A DNA stretch of 63,958 nucleotides, filler included, from Octopus bimaculoides (lineage: Eukaryota): NCBI RefSeq assembly GCF_001194135.2. It is 7 parts of 6 records of this genome, joined end to end, with 100 filler letters (N's around TTAATTAATTAA, not from the genome) between each part and the next. Parts side by side here need not be neighbours in the genome. Positions count along the whole stretch, not along the records: positions 9,169 to 28,009 come from NC_068983.1; positions 28,110 to 50,646 come from NC_068995.1; 5 more parts are not named here. One strand, given 5' to 3'. Under the pieces are notes generated by a model. It was given only the letters and a program-made list of their open reading frames with translations. It had not been told where the DNA came from and did no database searches. Below, in pieces: positions 26,441 through 38,688 of this stretch. The position numbers were made by a program, and so were the translations under genes. Every line of letters begins with the position of its first letter. Position 1 is the stretch's first letter.

Positions 26441-26662
26441 AATCGGCGAGCTGGCAGAATTGTTAGCATGCCAGGTGAAATGCTTAGTGGTATTTCATCT
26501 GCCACTACATTCTGAGTTCAAATTCTGCTGAGGTTGACTTTGCCTTTCATCCTTAATTAAGTACCAATGAAACGCTGGGGTCAATGTAATTGACTAGTCC
26601 CCTCCCCATAAATTTCAGACCTTGTGCCTTCAGTAGAAAGGATTATTATTATTATTATTATT
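26441..26662 (+). mobile_element. SINE family S3, flanked by (TAT)n on both sides
   Basis: GGCGAGCTGGCAGAATTGTTAGC...GAGTTCAAATTC...; aligns with the 3369-3602 copy. Confidence 0.8.
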
Positions 26663-27046
26663 ACTACTACTACTCTAATCTTATATCCTGTCCTCCAGTT
26701 AGTATCACCAGCAGTTCCAACAAACCTGCAGCAATAATGAATGAGAAATTCCCTCCCAATGACAACGTTATTATCTGATGTTTCAATGAAAACTAAAACT
26801 CCAGCAAAGACTCCACTTCTCATGGATGACTTCCAATTTCATTAATTCCTCTCAGTACAAATGCCGACTTTTCCTGGAAGTCTCATATTCTTTGCATGGT
26901 TAAAATAACAATCAAGTAAATTAGGAAACATTTTAGTTGTGATTATTAGTTAACTGACAATGCACCTCCCCACTTTCCATCATACTGACCAACTTAATTA
27001 TATCTCCTAACCTTATGAATTTATGGGCAAATGACCACAATATGAG

Positions 27047-27262
27047 TTAACCCTTTGCTATTCAAATTACTCAATCAAATATAATAGTTATTCATTCATA
27101 TTGTTTTGAATTAATCCTGCAATGTCTCATAGCTTCAAGATTTCAATGATTGCTGTTTTTAGAATGACATTGTAGGATATGCGTGAAAGGCTGGATCTGG
27201 TCAGTTTGAACATAAAACAGGTAGAATAGTTTGGTTGGATATGATCAGTTTAAGTGCTAAAA
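27047..27262 (-). mobile_element. piggyBac-type MITE copy (M1)
   Basis: TTAACCCTTTG start and shared M1 core. Confidence 0.6.
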
Positions 27263-27686
27263 ACTTACACTTTGTCCTTTTTTAGGTTAAATGCACTTTG
27301 AGAAGATGCTTTAGTTTTGTCGAGAACATGACAACTTCTTTAGTGCTGGTGCCACAATACACACTTAGTAGATACACTGTAAAGATGTCAGGAAAGACAT
27401 CCAGCTATTGAGACCAATAAAAATAAAAAACAAACAAGAATGAAGCATGGCCCTCAGACTTATCTAGGAGAGCAGTAGCTCCCAATAAGGATTGATGTCG
27501 AGCATGACAACCTGTCCAACCCATGCCAACATGGAAAGCAGATGCAAAATGATGATGGAATTAAATGTTAGGGGGGGGGGGGCTTTAACCCTTTAGCATT
27601 TAGATTGCTCTATCAAACATATTGGTTATTTACTCAAATCAGTTTGAATTAATCATGCATTATCTTGCAGCTTCAAGACTTCAATT

Positions 27687-28009
27687 ATCATCATCATCAT
27701 CGTTTAACGTCCGCTTTCCATGCTAGCATGGGTTGGATGATTTGACTGAGGACTGGTGAAACCGGATGGCAACACCAGGCTCCAATCTAATTTGGCAGAG
27801 TTTCTACAGCTGGATGCCCTTCCTAACGCCAACCACTCAGAGAGTGTAGTGGGTGCTTTTATGTGTCACCCGCACGAAAACGGCCACGCTCGAAATGGTG
27901 TCTTTTATGTGCCACCCGCACAAGCCAGTCCAGGGGCACTGGCAACGATCTCGCTTGAAAATCCTACAGGAGCCAGTCAGGCGGTACTGGCAACGGCCAC
28001 GCTCAAAAT
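27687..28009 (-). mobile_element. Family S2 element, young copy truncated by the linker
   Basis: Near-identical inverted partner of 9169-9408; inserted into a truncated M1 copy starting at about 27586. Confidence 0.85.
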
Positions 28010-28277
28010 NNNNNNNNNNNNNNNNNNNNNNNNNNNNNNNNNNNNNNNNNNNNTTAATTAATTAANNNNNNNNNNNNNNNNNNNNNNNNNNNNNNNNNNN
28101 NNNNNNNNNAAGTAGTAGGCTTATTTACTTAAATACCCGGATGTATTTAATAAAAATTATTATATGCATCAATAGTTGTTGTTGTTGTTGCTATCGCTAT
28201 TATATTCTGTGTTGGTTTTCTTTTTTGTATGTTTGCTTTATAGCAGGTTTTGTCGCTGCAGATGTTGCTGACAACTA

Positions 28278-28278
<1 letters not shown>

Positions 28279-28345
<67 letters not shown>
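28279..28345. repeat. (GAT)n microsatellite
   Basis: Direct observation. Confidence 0.95.
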
Positions 28346-28346
<1 letters not shown>

Positions 28347-28456
28347 TCTATAAGGATATAACGATGATAATGGTGATGGTGACGATGACGATGATAATAT
28401 CGATGATGAAAAGGACGACAAAGGTGATGATGACGGAAACTGAAAGAAGCCCGTCC

Positions 28457-28526
<70 letters not shown>

Positions 28527-28818
28527 TGTGTGTGTGTGTGTGCGTGCGTGTGTGTGCGTTTGTGTGTCTATGTTTGTTGTCTGTGCTTGACAACCGATGT
28601 AGGTGTGTTTACGTCCCCGTAACTTCACTTGTCTTTGTTGTTGCTATTTGTGGTGGTGGTGGTGGTGGTGATGGTGGTGGTAGTGGTGGAGTAGCCATAA
28701 TGTTTGTTACAATGATGATGTTAAACAAGTATATTGGTTATTATTTGGTATGTTAGCTGTGACTTTACTATATGGTTTTCATGTAGAGTTTGTCCCTGGG
28801 TACTGTACCCTAGTCATC

Positions 28819-28890
<72 letters not shown>

Positions 28891-29590
28891 TTATCTAGGA
28901 TACATTATATCGATTTAGTCATGTCACTGGACGAAAGAGAGAGAATGTCATTTGTGTGTGTGTGTGTGTGTGTNNNNNNNNNNNNNNNNNNNNNNNNNNN
29001 NNNNNNNNNNNNNNNNNNNNNNNNNNNNNNNNNNNNNNNNNNNNNNNNNNNNNNNNNNNNNNNNNNNNNNNNNNNNNNNNNNNNNNNNNNNNNNNNNNNN
29101 NNNNNNNNNNNNNNNNNNNNNNNNNNNNNNNNNNNNNNNNNNNNNNNNNNNNNNNNNNNNNNNNNNNNNNNNNNNNNNNNNNNNNNNNNNNNNNNNNNNN
29201 NNNNNNNNNNNNNNNNNNNNNNNNNNNNNNNNNNNNNNNNNNNNNNNNNNNNNNNNNNNNNNNNNNNNNNNNNNNNNNNNNNNNNNNNNNNNNNNNNNNN
29301 NNNNNNNNNNNNNNNNNNNNNNNNNNNNNNNNNNNNNNNNNNNNNNNNNNNNNNNNNNNNNNNNNNNNNNNNGCAAGAAATTTACCTGTTTAGGATACCG
29401 GAATCTAAGTAAATTGTCTCCTACTTATATTTTAAGAATCATTTAAATATGTAATACAGTTAATCACAACATCTGGCAAATCAAGTTATTTGAGAGTCTA
29501 CAACCTTTTTTAAGATACGTGAAGAGAATTTTTTAAAAAAACGATCGGATTGATGGTACGTACACCAAGCTTCTCATGAAGGCCTAAAAT

Positions 29591-30014
29591 CAGCGCTGGA
29601 TTAACCATTAAGCAAAATAGGCACATACTTAGCGTATCAAGGAAGGGGACACCACAGAAATGGTAAATGGTTTACAGCACAAAAGAAATCACTTTGAACT
29701 TGCTAAAATAATATTCGGAATACCTTATCTCTACTAAGTATAAATGCAGATGTGTTACGTAAGATTAATTTTTAGGATCTTTTCAAAGACTTTGCAATTA
29801 AGAAAAGCAGAAGGAAACTCTTCAAATATAGATAAAGTGGAAGTAAATAAAAATAAACATTATCTTCCGTCATGCCGTTTATTTTTGTTTCATTTTCAAA
29901 AATTCAAATTTATTTTTTGGTTTATTATTGTTTGTCTTTTGAATTACATATATATAGGGGGCACCAAAATTCTTTCAAGTGCTCAGGGCCTCTATGGGCT
30001 TTTATCCGGCTCTG
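29591..30014. mobile_element. Possible Harbinger-like MITE
   Basis: Degenerate ends CAGCGCTGGATTAA / TTTATCCGGCTCTG with GC-richer subtermini. Confidence 0.35.
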
Positions 30015-30595
30015 CCTAAAATGTCTCATGGCGTGGTCACAAAATGTAAGAAGAGGTTTGCAAGAATATTTCAACAATCTCTTCTATTGTTTGCTTAACG
30101 CAAATTAGGCTTTGCTGGCCACTACTATCGAGCTGGACGCCACGCCGTATCAACAGTTGTATTTTGGTGACCTCTGCACTCCAACAGTGGACGAAGATCA
30201 TTCACTTATATTGGAAGACCATTCAGCCACATTGATGTTATTAGCAGAAACGCAAATGAAATTACGAACTGTCACGGTTAATGGCGGAAAGAGATTCGTG
30301 ATGCGGAAAAGCTTAAAGCATCTTGTTTACGGCCGCTTGATTTTAATACGTGATACAGTAAAGTTATTCTGTACTCATTGGGGAACGAATAGATTTAATA
30401 CGTAATACAGTAGGTCATAATATCCATTATCCTCACTTAGATCTCAAAACGAGATTAAAAACGGTTTTAATTTAACGGTTTGTTAATCAAATAAACATCA
30501 TTCACAGTCTTTCATAAGTCGTTACGGTACCGCAGGTTTTTATAAGTTTTTTTTATTTATTTATTTATTTTTATTTTTTTTTTACTTCAAAAAAT

Positions 30596-30910
30596 GTGAA
30601 GGTGCATGGCTCAGTGGTTAGAGCGTCGGGCTCACAATCATGAGGTAGTGAGTTCGGTGCTCGGACTGGGATGTGTGTTGTGTCCTTGAGCAAGACACTT
30701 TATTTCACGTTGTTCCAGTTCACTCATCTGTAGAAATGAGTTGCGATGTCACTGGTGCCAAGCTGTATCGGCCCCTTTTCTTTTCCCTTGGATAACATTG
30801 GTGACATGGAGAGGAGAAGCATGGTCAATTGCTGGTCTTCCATAAACAACCTTGTCCGGAGTTGTACCTCGAAAGGGAACTTTCTAGGTGCAATCTCATG
30901 GTCATTTATG
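30596..30910 (+). mobile_element. tRNA-derived SINE family S4
   Basis: A-box TGGCTCAGTGG, B-box-like GAGTTCGGTGC and core CCTTGAGCAAGACACTTTATTTCAC, shared with 63138-63332 and 41712-41812 (-). Confidence 0.85.
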
Positions 30911-31448
30911 TAAAGCTGAGAATGAAAGCTACGAATATATTATGCGTGAAACACAAGAGTGAACGCATTTCTATAGTTAGTTTCCCTTTTTCTCGCTTCT
31001 ACTGGGATACGGGTTTAAATTCTGCTACGATTGAATTTACTTCAGGCTCTTTGTGGTATGTGTTTTGAAAAAATAGTCAATTAAACAATCAATCAATAAC
31101 CACTATCCTCGCCACTACGTGAAGACATTTGGCACAGTGGTTAGGGTATTGCGAACAACAACACCAACACCACAACCATGATTAACAGTTTGCCACTACC
31201 ACCAACACTCTTACCCACTGCCACCACCACAGAAACAACGCCACTACTATCATTGTAATCACCAACACCACCATACACATCGCCAACACCATCACAAGTA
31301 TCCCCTCACTCTACCATTACCCAAAGTACCACCACCATCACAAACATCCTTCACTCTACTATTGCCCAAACTACCACTACCACCAAAAGACATCACAAAC
31401 ACCTCAACCACCGTCAGCACCACCACCAGCAACAACAACAACGGCCAT

Positions 31449-31511
<63 letters not shown>

Positions 31512-31799
31512 GACAACAACAACACAGAAAAGCCTTCACTGAGAGCAATTGATTCAAAGGAAACCAATTATAAGATTAAATACGATAAAAGACAATGTTT
31601 ACCGAATAAGTTTATATACGACCAATGAGACCGAAAGCAGCGGGTGGGTCCCTGCCTTGTTACAAAAACAATATAAAAGAAAAGAAAAAAACGGAAGGAA
31701 AACAAGAAAAAAATGAAGTAAGGTGGGGATAACCACCCGGGAAGATGTGAAGAACTTTTAGATGGAGAAATTTGGGGAAAATAACAAAATAAAAAAGAC

Positions 31800-31835
<36 letters not shown>

Positions 31836-32503
31836 ACAGCAGAAGTAGTAATAGTAGTGGTAGTAACAGCTGCAGCAGCAGTACTAGTAGTAGCAGCATT
31901 AGTAGTAGTAGTAGTAGTAGTANNNNNNNNNNNNNNNNNNNNNNNNNNNNNNNNNNNNNNNNNNNNNNNNNNNNNNNNNNNNNNNNNNNNNNNNNNNNNN
32001 NNNNNNNNNNNNNNNNNNNNNNNNNNNNNNNNNNNNNNNNNNNNNNNNNNNNNNNNNNNNNNNNNNNNNGGTGAATCAGGAAGAATGCGGTGTGATGTGA
32101 TGGTACTGAATGGGTTGGTATGGTACGGTGGTGGTGGTGGTGGTGGTGGTGGTAGTGGTAGTGGTTGTGGTGGTACTGAATGGGTTGGTATGGTACGGTG
32201 GTGGTGGTGGTGATTGTTGTGGTATCGGTGGTGGTAGAGTCCTGAAGTAATGGTGGGGGTTTGGTAGTGGTGGTGAGGTGAGTAGCCGTTTCTCTGAATG
32301 AATCTATCCTTCCTGAAAGAGTGGGGGAAGGAATGCGTTCATTCATAAATAGTTGACAGAAAAGAAATACACTAACAACAATCGCAGCAACAAACCAAAA
32401 TGTAAAACAAAACAAGCAAGCCACAATAAGAAAAATAAAATAAAATAAAATTATAGGGACAGCAGTAACAAGAATAACGAATAACAAATAACAAATAGGC
32501 ACA

Positions 32504-32931
32504 GGTTCCGGGTTCAGTCCCACTGCGTGGCACCTTGGCCAAGTGTCTTCTGCTATGGCCTTGTGCCGACAAAAGACTTGTGAAAGGATTTATCAGATGG
32601 AAGCTGAAAGAAGCCCATCGAATATATATATGTGTGTATGTGTGTGTGAAAGAGAGAGAGGGGGAGAGAGTGTATGTGTGCGCGTGCGCGTGCGTCTTTG
32701 TCGCAGTGTTTGTCCACCACGACCGCTGGACAACTGGTGTTGGTTTGCTGTGCTTACGTCCGCGTAACTTAGCGGTTCGGCAAAAGTGAGCCGATAGGAT
32801 ACGCACAAGGATTTTTTCTAAAAATAAATTAATAAGTACTCTGGGGGTCAATTCGTTCGACTAAAAAGGCTTCAAGGCGGTGCTCCAGCATGGCAGCGGT
32901 GTAATGACTGGAGCAAGTAAAGGATAAAAGA
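32504..32931 (+). mobile_element. SINE family S1 (bipartite, with internal microsatellite)
   Basis: GGTTCCGGGTTCAGTCCCACTGCGTGGCACCTTGG...GTAACTTAGCGGTTCGGC...GGCGGTGCTCCAGCATGG. Confidence 0.85.
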
Positions 32932-33319
32932 TACAACAGCAATAATGACAACAATAACAACATCTATAACAATAATATGGATCACAACAAAAACGTAATC
33001 ATCATCATCATCATCTACAACAACAACAACTTTAGAAGTATTGAAATCGTTTCTGATTCTGTTTGTTAATCTCTTCGACGTTTCAGGGAGTCTCTGCTCG
33101 TCAGTCTAGAAAAAGCAGCCAAGTCACCCTGAAAGCAATCTATTTGTTGATGAATGATGAAGTCTTGGATTTTCTACAGATAGAAACAAAAAGAAAAAAA
33201 AAGAAAGAGATGAGATGGGCACGGTTGGCATGCGACTGATCATGGATTTAGTAGATCAGAGTTTACCAGGGGTTAAATAGCAACTATACTCGTAAAAGCG
33301 GCAATAACGAATGCAAATG

Positions 33320-33324
<5 letters not shown>

Positions 33325-33367
<43 letters not shown>

Positions 33368-33950
33368 GACAGACAGACAGACAGACAGACAGAGACAGAC
33401 AGAGAGAAGTAGTGGGAGAGTGGGTAAGTGAGAGGATAGGAGAGAGAGGGTGTGATAGAGAAACGGATTGGGTGAGAGAGAGACAGAAAGAGAGAGCGAC
33501 AGAAAGAGAGAGAGACAGAAAGAGAGAGAGACAGAAAGAGAGAGAGACAGAAANNNNNNNNNNAAGAGAGAGAGACAGAAAGAGAGAGAGACAGAAAGAG
33601 AGAGAGACAGAAAGAGAGAGAGACAGAAAGAGAGAAAGACAGAAAGAGAGAGAGACAGAAAGAGAGAGAGAGATATAGTAGGAGAGAAATAGAGAGGGGG
33701 TAAAGTGAGAGGGGTGGGAGAAAGAAGGGGTGATAGACAAACAGATTGGGTGAGAAAGAAAGAAAGAAACAAACAAACAAACAAAGAAACAAAGAAAGAA
33801 ACAAAGAAAGACACAAAGAAACAAACAAAGAAACAAAGAAACAAAGAAAGAAAGGAAAAAGAAAGACAGAAAGAAACAAAGAAAGAAAGAGAAGAGAGAA
33901 TATTAGAGAGAGATGGATTGAGACCAAAAGAAAAAGAACAGAAAAATAGA
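33325..33950. repeat. Polypurine tract: (GA)n, (GACA)n, 16-bp unit ACAGAAAGAGAGAGAG, (GAAA/CAAA)n
   Basis: Direct observation. Confidence 0.9.
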
Positions 33951-33964
33951 AACAGAATCTCTTC

Positions 33965-34006
<42 letters not shown>

Positions 34007-34408
34007 NNNNNNNNNNNNNNNNNNNNNNNNNNNNNNNNNNNNNNNNNNNNNNNNNNNNNNNNNNNNNNNNNNNNNNNNNNNNNNNNNNNNNNNNNNNNNN
34101 NNNNNNNNNNNNNNNNNNNNNNNNNNNNNNNNNNNNNNNNNNNNNNNNNNNNNNNNNNNNNNNNNNNNNNNNNNNNNNNNNNNNNNNNNNNNNNNNNNNN
34201 NNNNNNNNNNNNNNNNNNNNNNNNNNNNNNNNNNNNNNNNNNNNNNNNNNNNNNNNNNNNNNNNNNNNNNNNNNNNNNNNNNNNNNNNNNNNNNNNNNNN
34301 NNNNNNNNNNNNNNNNNNNNNNNNNNNNNNNNNNNNNNNNNNNNNNNNNNNNNNNNNNNNNNNNNNNNNNNNNNNNNNNNNNNNNNNNNNNNNNNNNNNN
34401 NNNNNNNN

Positions 34409-34467
<59 letters not shown>

Positions 34468-34545
34468 CATATACATATACATATATACACACACACATAT
34501 ATGTATATGCATGTATATATGTATGTACGTACGTATGCACGTATG

Positions 34546-34577
<32 letters not shown>

Positions 34578-34696
34578 GACAATATATATAGACAGAGACC
34601 CTACTAGCATTTGTTGTGATTAAATTGTTAGAGGGAAGGGTGTGATTGGATGTAAATAGATTAGTAAGTACTTTTGATGGTGCAAAGAGAGAGAAT

Positions 34697-34728
<32 letters not shown>

Positions 34729-34965
34729 AAGAAAGAAAAAAAGAGGGGGAGAAAAGGAGGGAAGACGATGGGGGTGGAAACGGTTGTGAAGTCGAAGGGG
34801 ATGGAAGGTGGTTGGATGGTGGAGTGGAGGAATCTGTAAGACAAGAAGACATGAAATACATAGACATGGATGGAGAAATAGGAGGAAAAGAGGAAGTAGA
34901 AGGAAGACGTGGAGGAGTTGAAGGAGGAGGTGGAGGAGACGAAAAGACGGAAACTCGTTTTCCCG

Positions 34966-35097
<132 letters not shown>

Positions 35098-35784
35098 ATT
35101 GTCGCTGTTTTTGAAAGAGTAGCATGAGATTTTATATAAAATATTTTTTTATTTTTCAGGTGACTCTACCGTTCCAAGCAGTTTTATATCTAATCTTACG
35201 TGACGGATAGCTTTCTACTGCAGATTATAGAAGAATTCAGTCTTCTATACACCGCCTGATGAGAGTTACAGCTATCGAAACAAATACTCTGCAACATATT
35301 TCATTCTTGTTTGTGCAATTTCTGTTATGTTCGGTCCCTTGTTCGTTGGCATGCTATTTTGCGGCCGCTACTTATTGCCGGTGCCACCGGAGTGGAACAA
35401 TATTATCGTTGAAGGCGCAAAATTGCGTTTGACCCACTGGCTGAGAATTGATGAGGAGTTGGGAACCTGCGTTTGTTTTCCGTTTGTGCATCCATTATAT
35501 GTTTTTTAACCTACATACATAGATACATACATAGATACATACATACATACGTATACCCGCACACAGCGAGGATAGCTGGATAAAAGACATCGTAAATCGC
35601 CTCTACCAACACCCAAGTAACATCAACACCACCATTCCAAAACCAAAACCGCCACCACCACCACCATCACAACCACCACCAACACCAACACCACCACCAT
35701 TTCTTCCTCTACTAAACATCATCGCCATCGACTTTTAGGAAACACCAATGCCAACAAAATTTCCTCCGTGACCACCACCACTAC

Positions 35785-36065
35785 CATCATCATCATCATC
35801 GTAATCATCATCATCATCATCATCATCATTACCATCATCATCATCACCATCATCGAAACAACCACCACTATCATTATCACTGTCATCATCATCATCATCA
35901 ACATCNNNNNNNNNNACCATCATCATCATCACCATCATCGAAACAACCACCACTATCATTATCACTGTCATCATCATCATCATCAACATCATCATCATCA
36001 TCATCATCATCATCAACATCATCATCAACATCATCATTATCATCATAATATCACCATCGTCATCA
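35785..36065. repeat. Degenerate (CAT)n array with an internal duplicated block
   Basis: The block CACCATCATCGAAACAACCACCACTATCATTATCACTGTCATCATC occurs on both sides of a 10-N gap. Confidence 0.9.
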
Positions 36066-36101
36066 TCGGCAAAAAATATGTCTATATAATATATGTCTAT
36101 A

Positions 36102-36145
<44 letters not shown>

Positions 36146-36681
36146 GCTCACACATACACACACGCTCACGCACGCACACATACTCATACACAAAAACACA
36201 CGCTGTGTTGTATAATAATAAGCGCAAATGACATAGAAACCTAGTTTCTTCAATGAACTTACAGACCTCATTGAAATATCTCAGTAATCCACACCGTTTC
36301 ACTCCTTCAACCTCTCCACCTCACACCTACCCCTACCCCATTCCTACAGCTACCCATCTCGACCCCTCCCCACTCCCATCTCCCTCTCAGACACACAATT
36401 CTCAGTGACTCCGTCGGTCGGTCGGTCGGTCGGTCGGTCGGTCTGTTGGTCTGTTCATCTGCCTGGCTGCCTGTCGCTTATACTAGCCAGCATCTTTGCT
36501 TGTTTGCAGATACCCAGCTATATGTATGCACGTATGTATGTATGCATATACGTGCATATCAGTATATACATATATACACTTGTGAACGTATACACATACA
36601 TACTATACACATGCACATATACACACATACATATATATACATATATATGCATGTATATATATATATATGTATGTATTTATT

Positions 36682-36720
<39 letters not shown>

Positions 36721-38130
36721 ATTTGTGCGTATATACATACATATATATATATACACACACATATATATATATATATACACACACATATATATATATATAT
36801 ACACATACATATACAAGGCCAACCGAGAATGCACATGTGTATAGCTATCGTTGCATCATATTAATATAATATCGTGCATAATTTCTGCAACATTCCATAA
36901 TTAACATCTGGTAATGAAGGGTTGAAAAAATTGTAGCGACTTATAATAAAACCTACTTAGACCATCTTTTAGTACCATATATTTTAGTTTATACTCCACG
37001 GATATTTGCGAATTTCTACATGTATATCCAGTAACAAAAGTTCTACTTTCTTATAACGTCTGATAGCCGATACCAGGAAGGGAGCTTTGGAAAGCGCCCT
37101 ATAAGGGTACATAAAAATATAAGAATATATAAAAATGAATATATGCGTGTGCGTATTTGTGGTTGTGTGTGTATTTTACATATATACATATACACGCATG
37201 TATCTATCTATCTATCTATATATATATATNNNNNNNNNNNNNNNNNNNNNNNNNNNNNNNNNNNNNNNNNNNNNNNNNNNNNNNNNNNNNNNNNNNNNNN
37301 NNNNNNNNNNNNNNNNNNNNNNNNNNNNNNNNNNNNNNNNNNNNNNNNNNNNNNNNNNNNNNNNNNNNNNNNNNNNNNNNNNNNNNNNNNNNNNNNNNNN
37401 NNNNNNNNNNNNNNNNNNNNNNNNNNNNNNNNNNNNNNNNNNNNNNNNNNNNNNNNNNNNNNNNNNNNNNNNNNNNNNNNNNNNNNNNNNNNNNNNNNNN
37501 NNNNNNNNNNNNNNNNNNNNNNNNNNNNNNNNNNNNNNNNNNNNNNNNNNNNNNNNNNNNNNNNNNNNNNNNNNNNNNNNNNNNNNNNNNNNNNNNNNNN
37601 NNNNNNNNNNNNNNNNNNNNNNNNNNNNNNNNNNNNNNNNNNNNNNNNNNNNNNNGTATTTGCTATCCATTTCATCGTTTCATCAGAAATTACAACTTTT
37701 CTTCTCCACATGCATCTATAGATTTCGCCCAAAACCTTATTCATTACAACAGCAGTAACCGTATGTCAATGTATGCGCATACGTGTGCGTGTGTATGTAT
37801 ATATATATATATATATTATCCTATAATATATATATATGGCGAAAAGAACCTCCTTGAGAGAAGCACCTAGCTACCCTTCAAACCAAACCACCTCCCGGTA
37901 CCACACCACCTACCCGTACACCTCATTAAGCACAACAAATCTTCTCAATGAGTCTTGCAGACGATCACCGCCCATTTAAATCCAACTTCGTGTACTTATT
38001 TGTTTTTTCTGGGAACCCCTTTCTTGTATCTACGTCTACAGAGCGCGAAAAAACAACATCGCTACGTTCTGTGTGTCGATTCATCTTTATCTAGGTTTTT
38101 CTATTCATATTATTTAGACTATGCTTTGGG

Positions 38131-38173
<43 letters not shown>

Positions 38174-38370
38174 ACATGTGCTGAAATAGATTTGATTGAG
38201 AAAAAATTCTTCCAGGCAGTGCCCCAGCATTGCCACAGTTTAATGATGAAACAAGTAAAAGATAAAAAATGACAAATATTCAATTATTTTGAACTTTAAT
38301 TCGTAAAAATACCCACCATTTTCTGTAAATGAGGTATTGCTACCCACTTTTTTTAATGCCTAAGTAAATA

Positions 38371-38688
38371 CAGGGTATCCACAAAGTCTGAGTACATGGG
38401 GATTAACACACTTTTAAAACAAAACAATTTTATTTAATTATAATGTTAATAAATAATATTTTAAATAATCTCGTCCATTTAAGAGTACTAACTCGATTCT
38501 TTCTTCTTTAGACAGAGCCGTCATTCGATCTGGGTAGGAAAAAATAACATAAATAAATTTAGAAAAGTAAAGTATTTTTTTATTCGACTTAAACAAAAGT
38601 AAAAAAAGGAAAATTATTATTTCTTATATTTAATTGCTTATGTCAAGATTTTATTTAGTCCAGGTACCCAGACTTTGTGGACACCCTG
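38371..38688. mobile_element. Tc1/mariner MITE (318 bp)
   Basis: TA-CAGGGTATCCACAAAGTCTGAGTAC ... GTACCCAGACTTTGTGGACACCCTG-TA; TIRs match 23/25; no coding capacity. Confidence 0.85.

Noticed and set aside
9169-28009. 18.8-kb giant TIR transposon that captured WAPL
   Set aside because: The inverted ends are copies of an abundant dispersed retro-type repeat present many times in the window, and both are cut by assembly linkers; no target-site duplication can be seen.
30112-30405. 97-aa ORF as a gene
   Set aside because: Non-ATG start, no recognisable domain and no convincing donor.
30596-30680. tRNA gene
   Set aside because: A/B boxes are followed by a SINE body repeated elsewhere; no complete cloverleaf acceptor stem.
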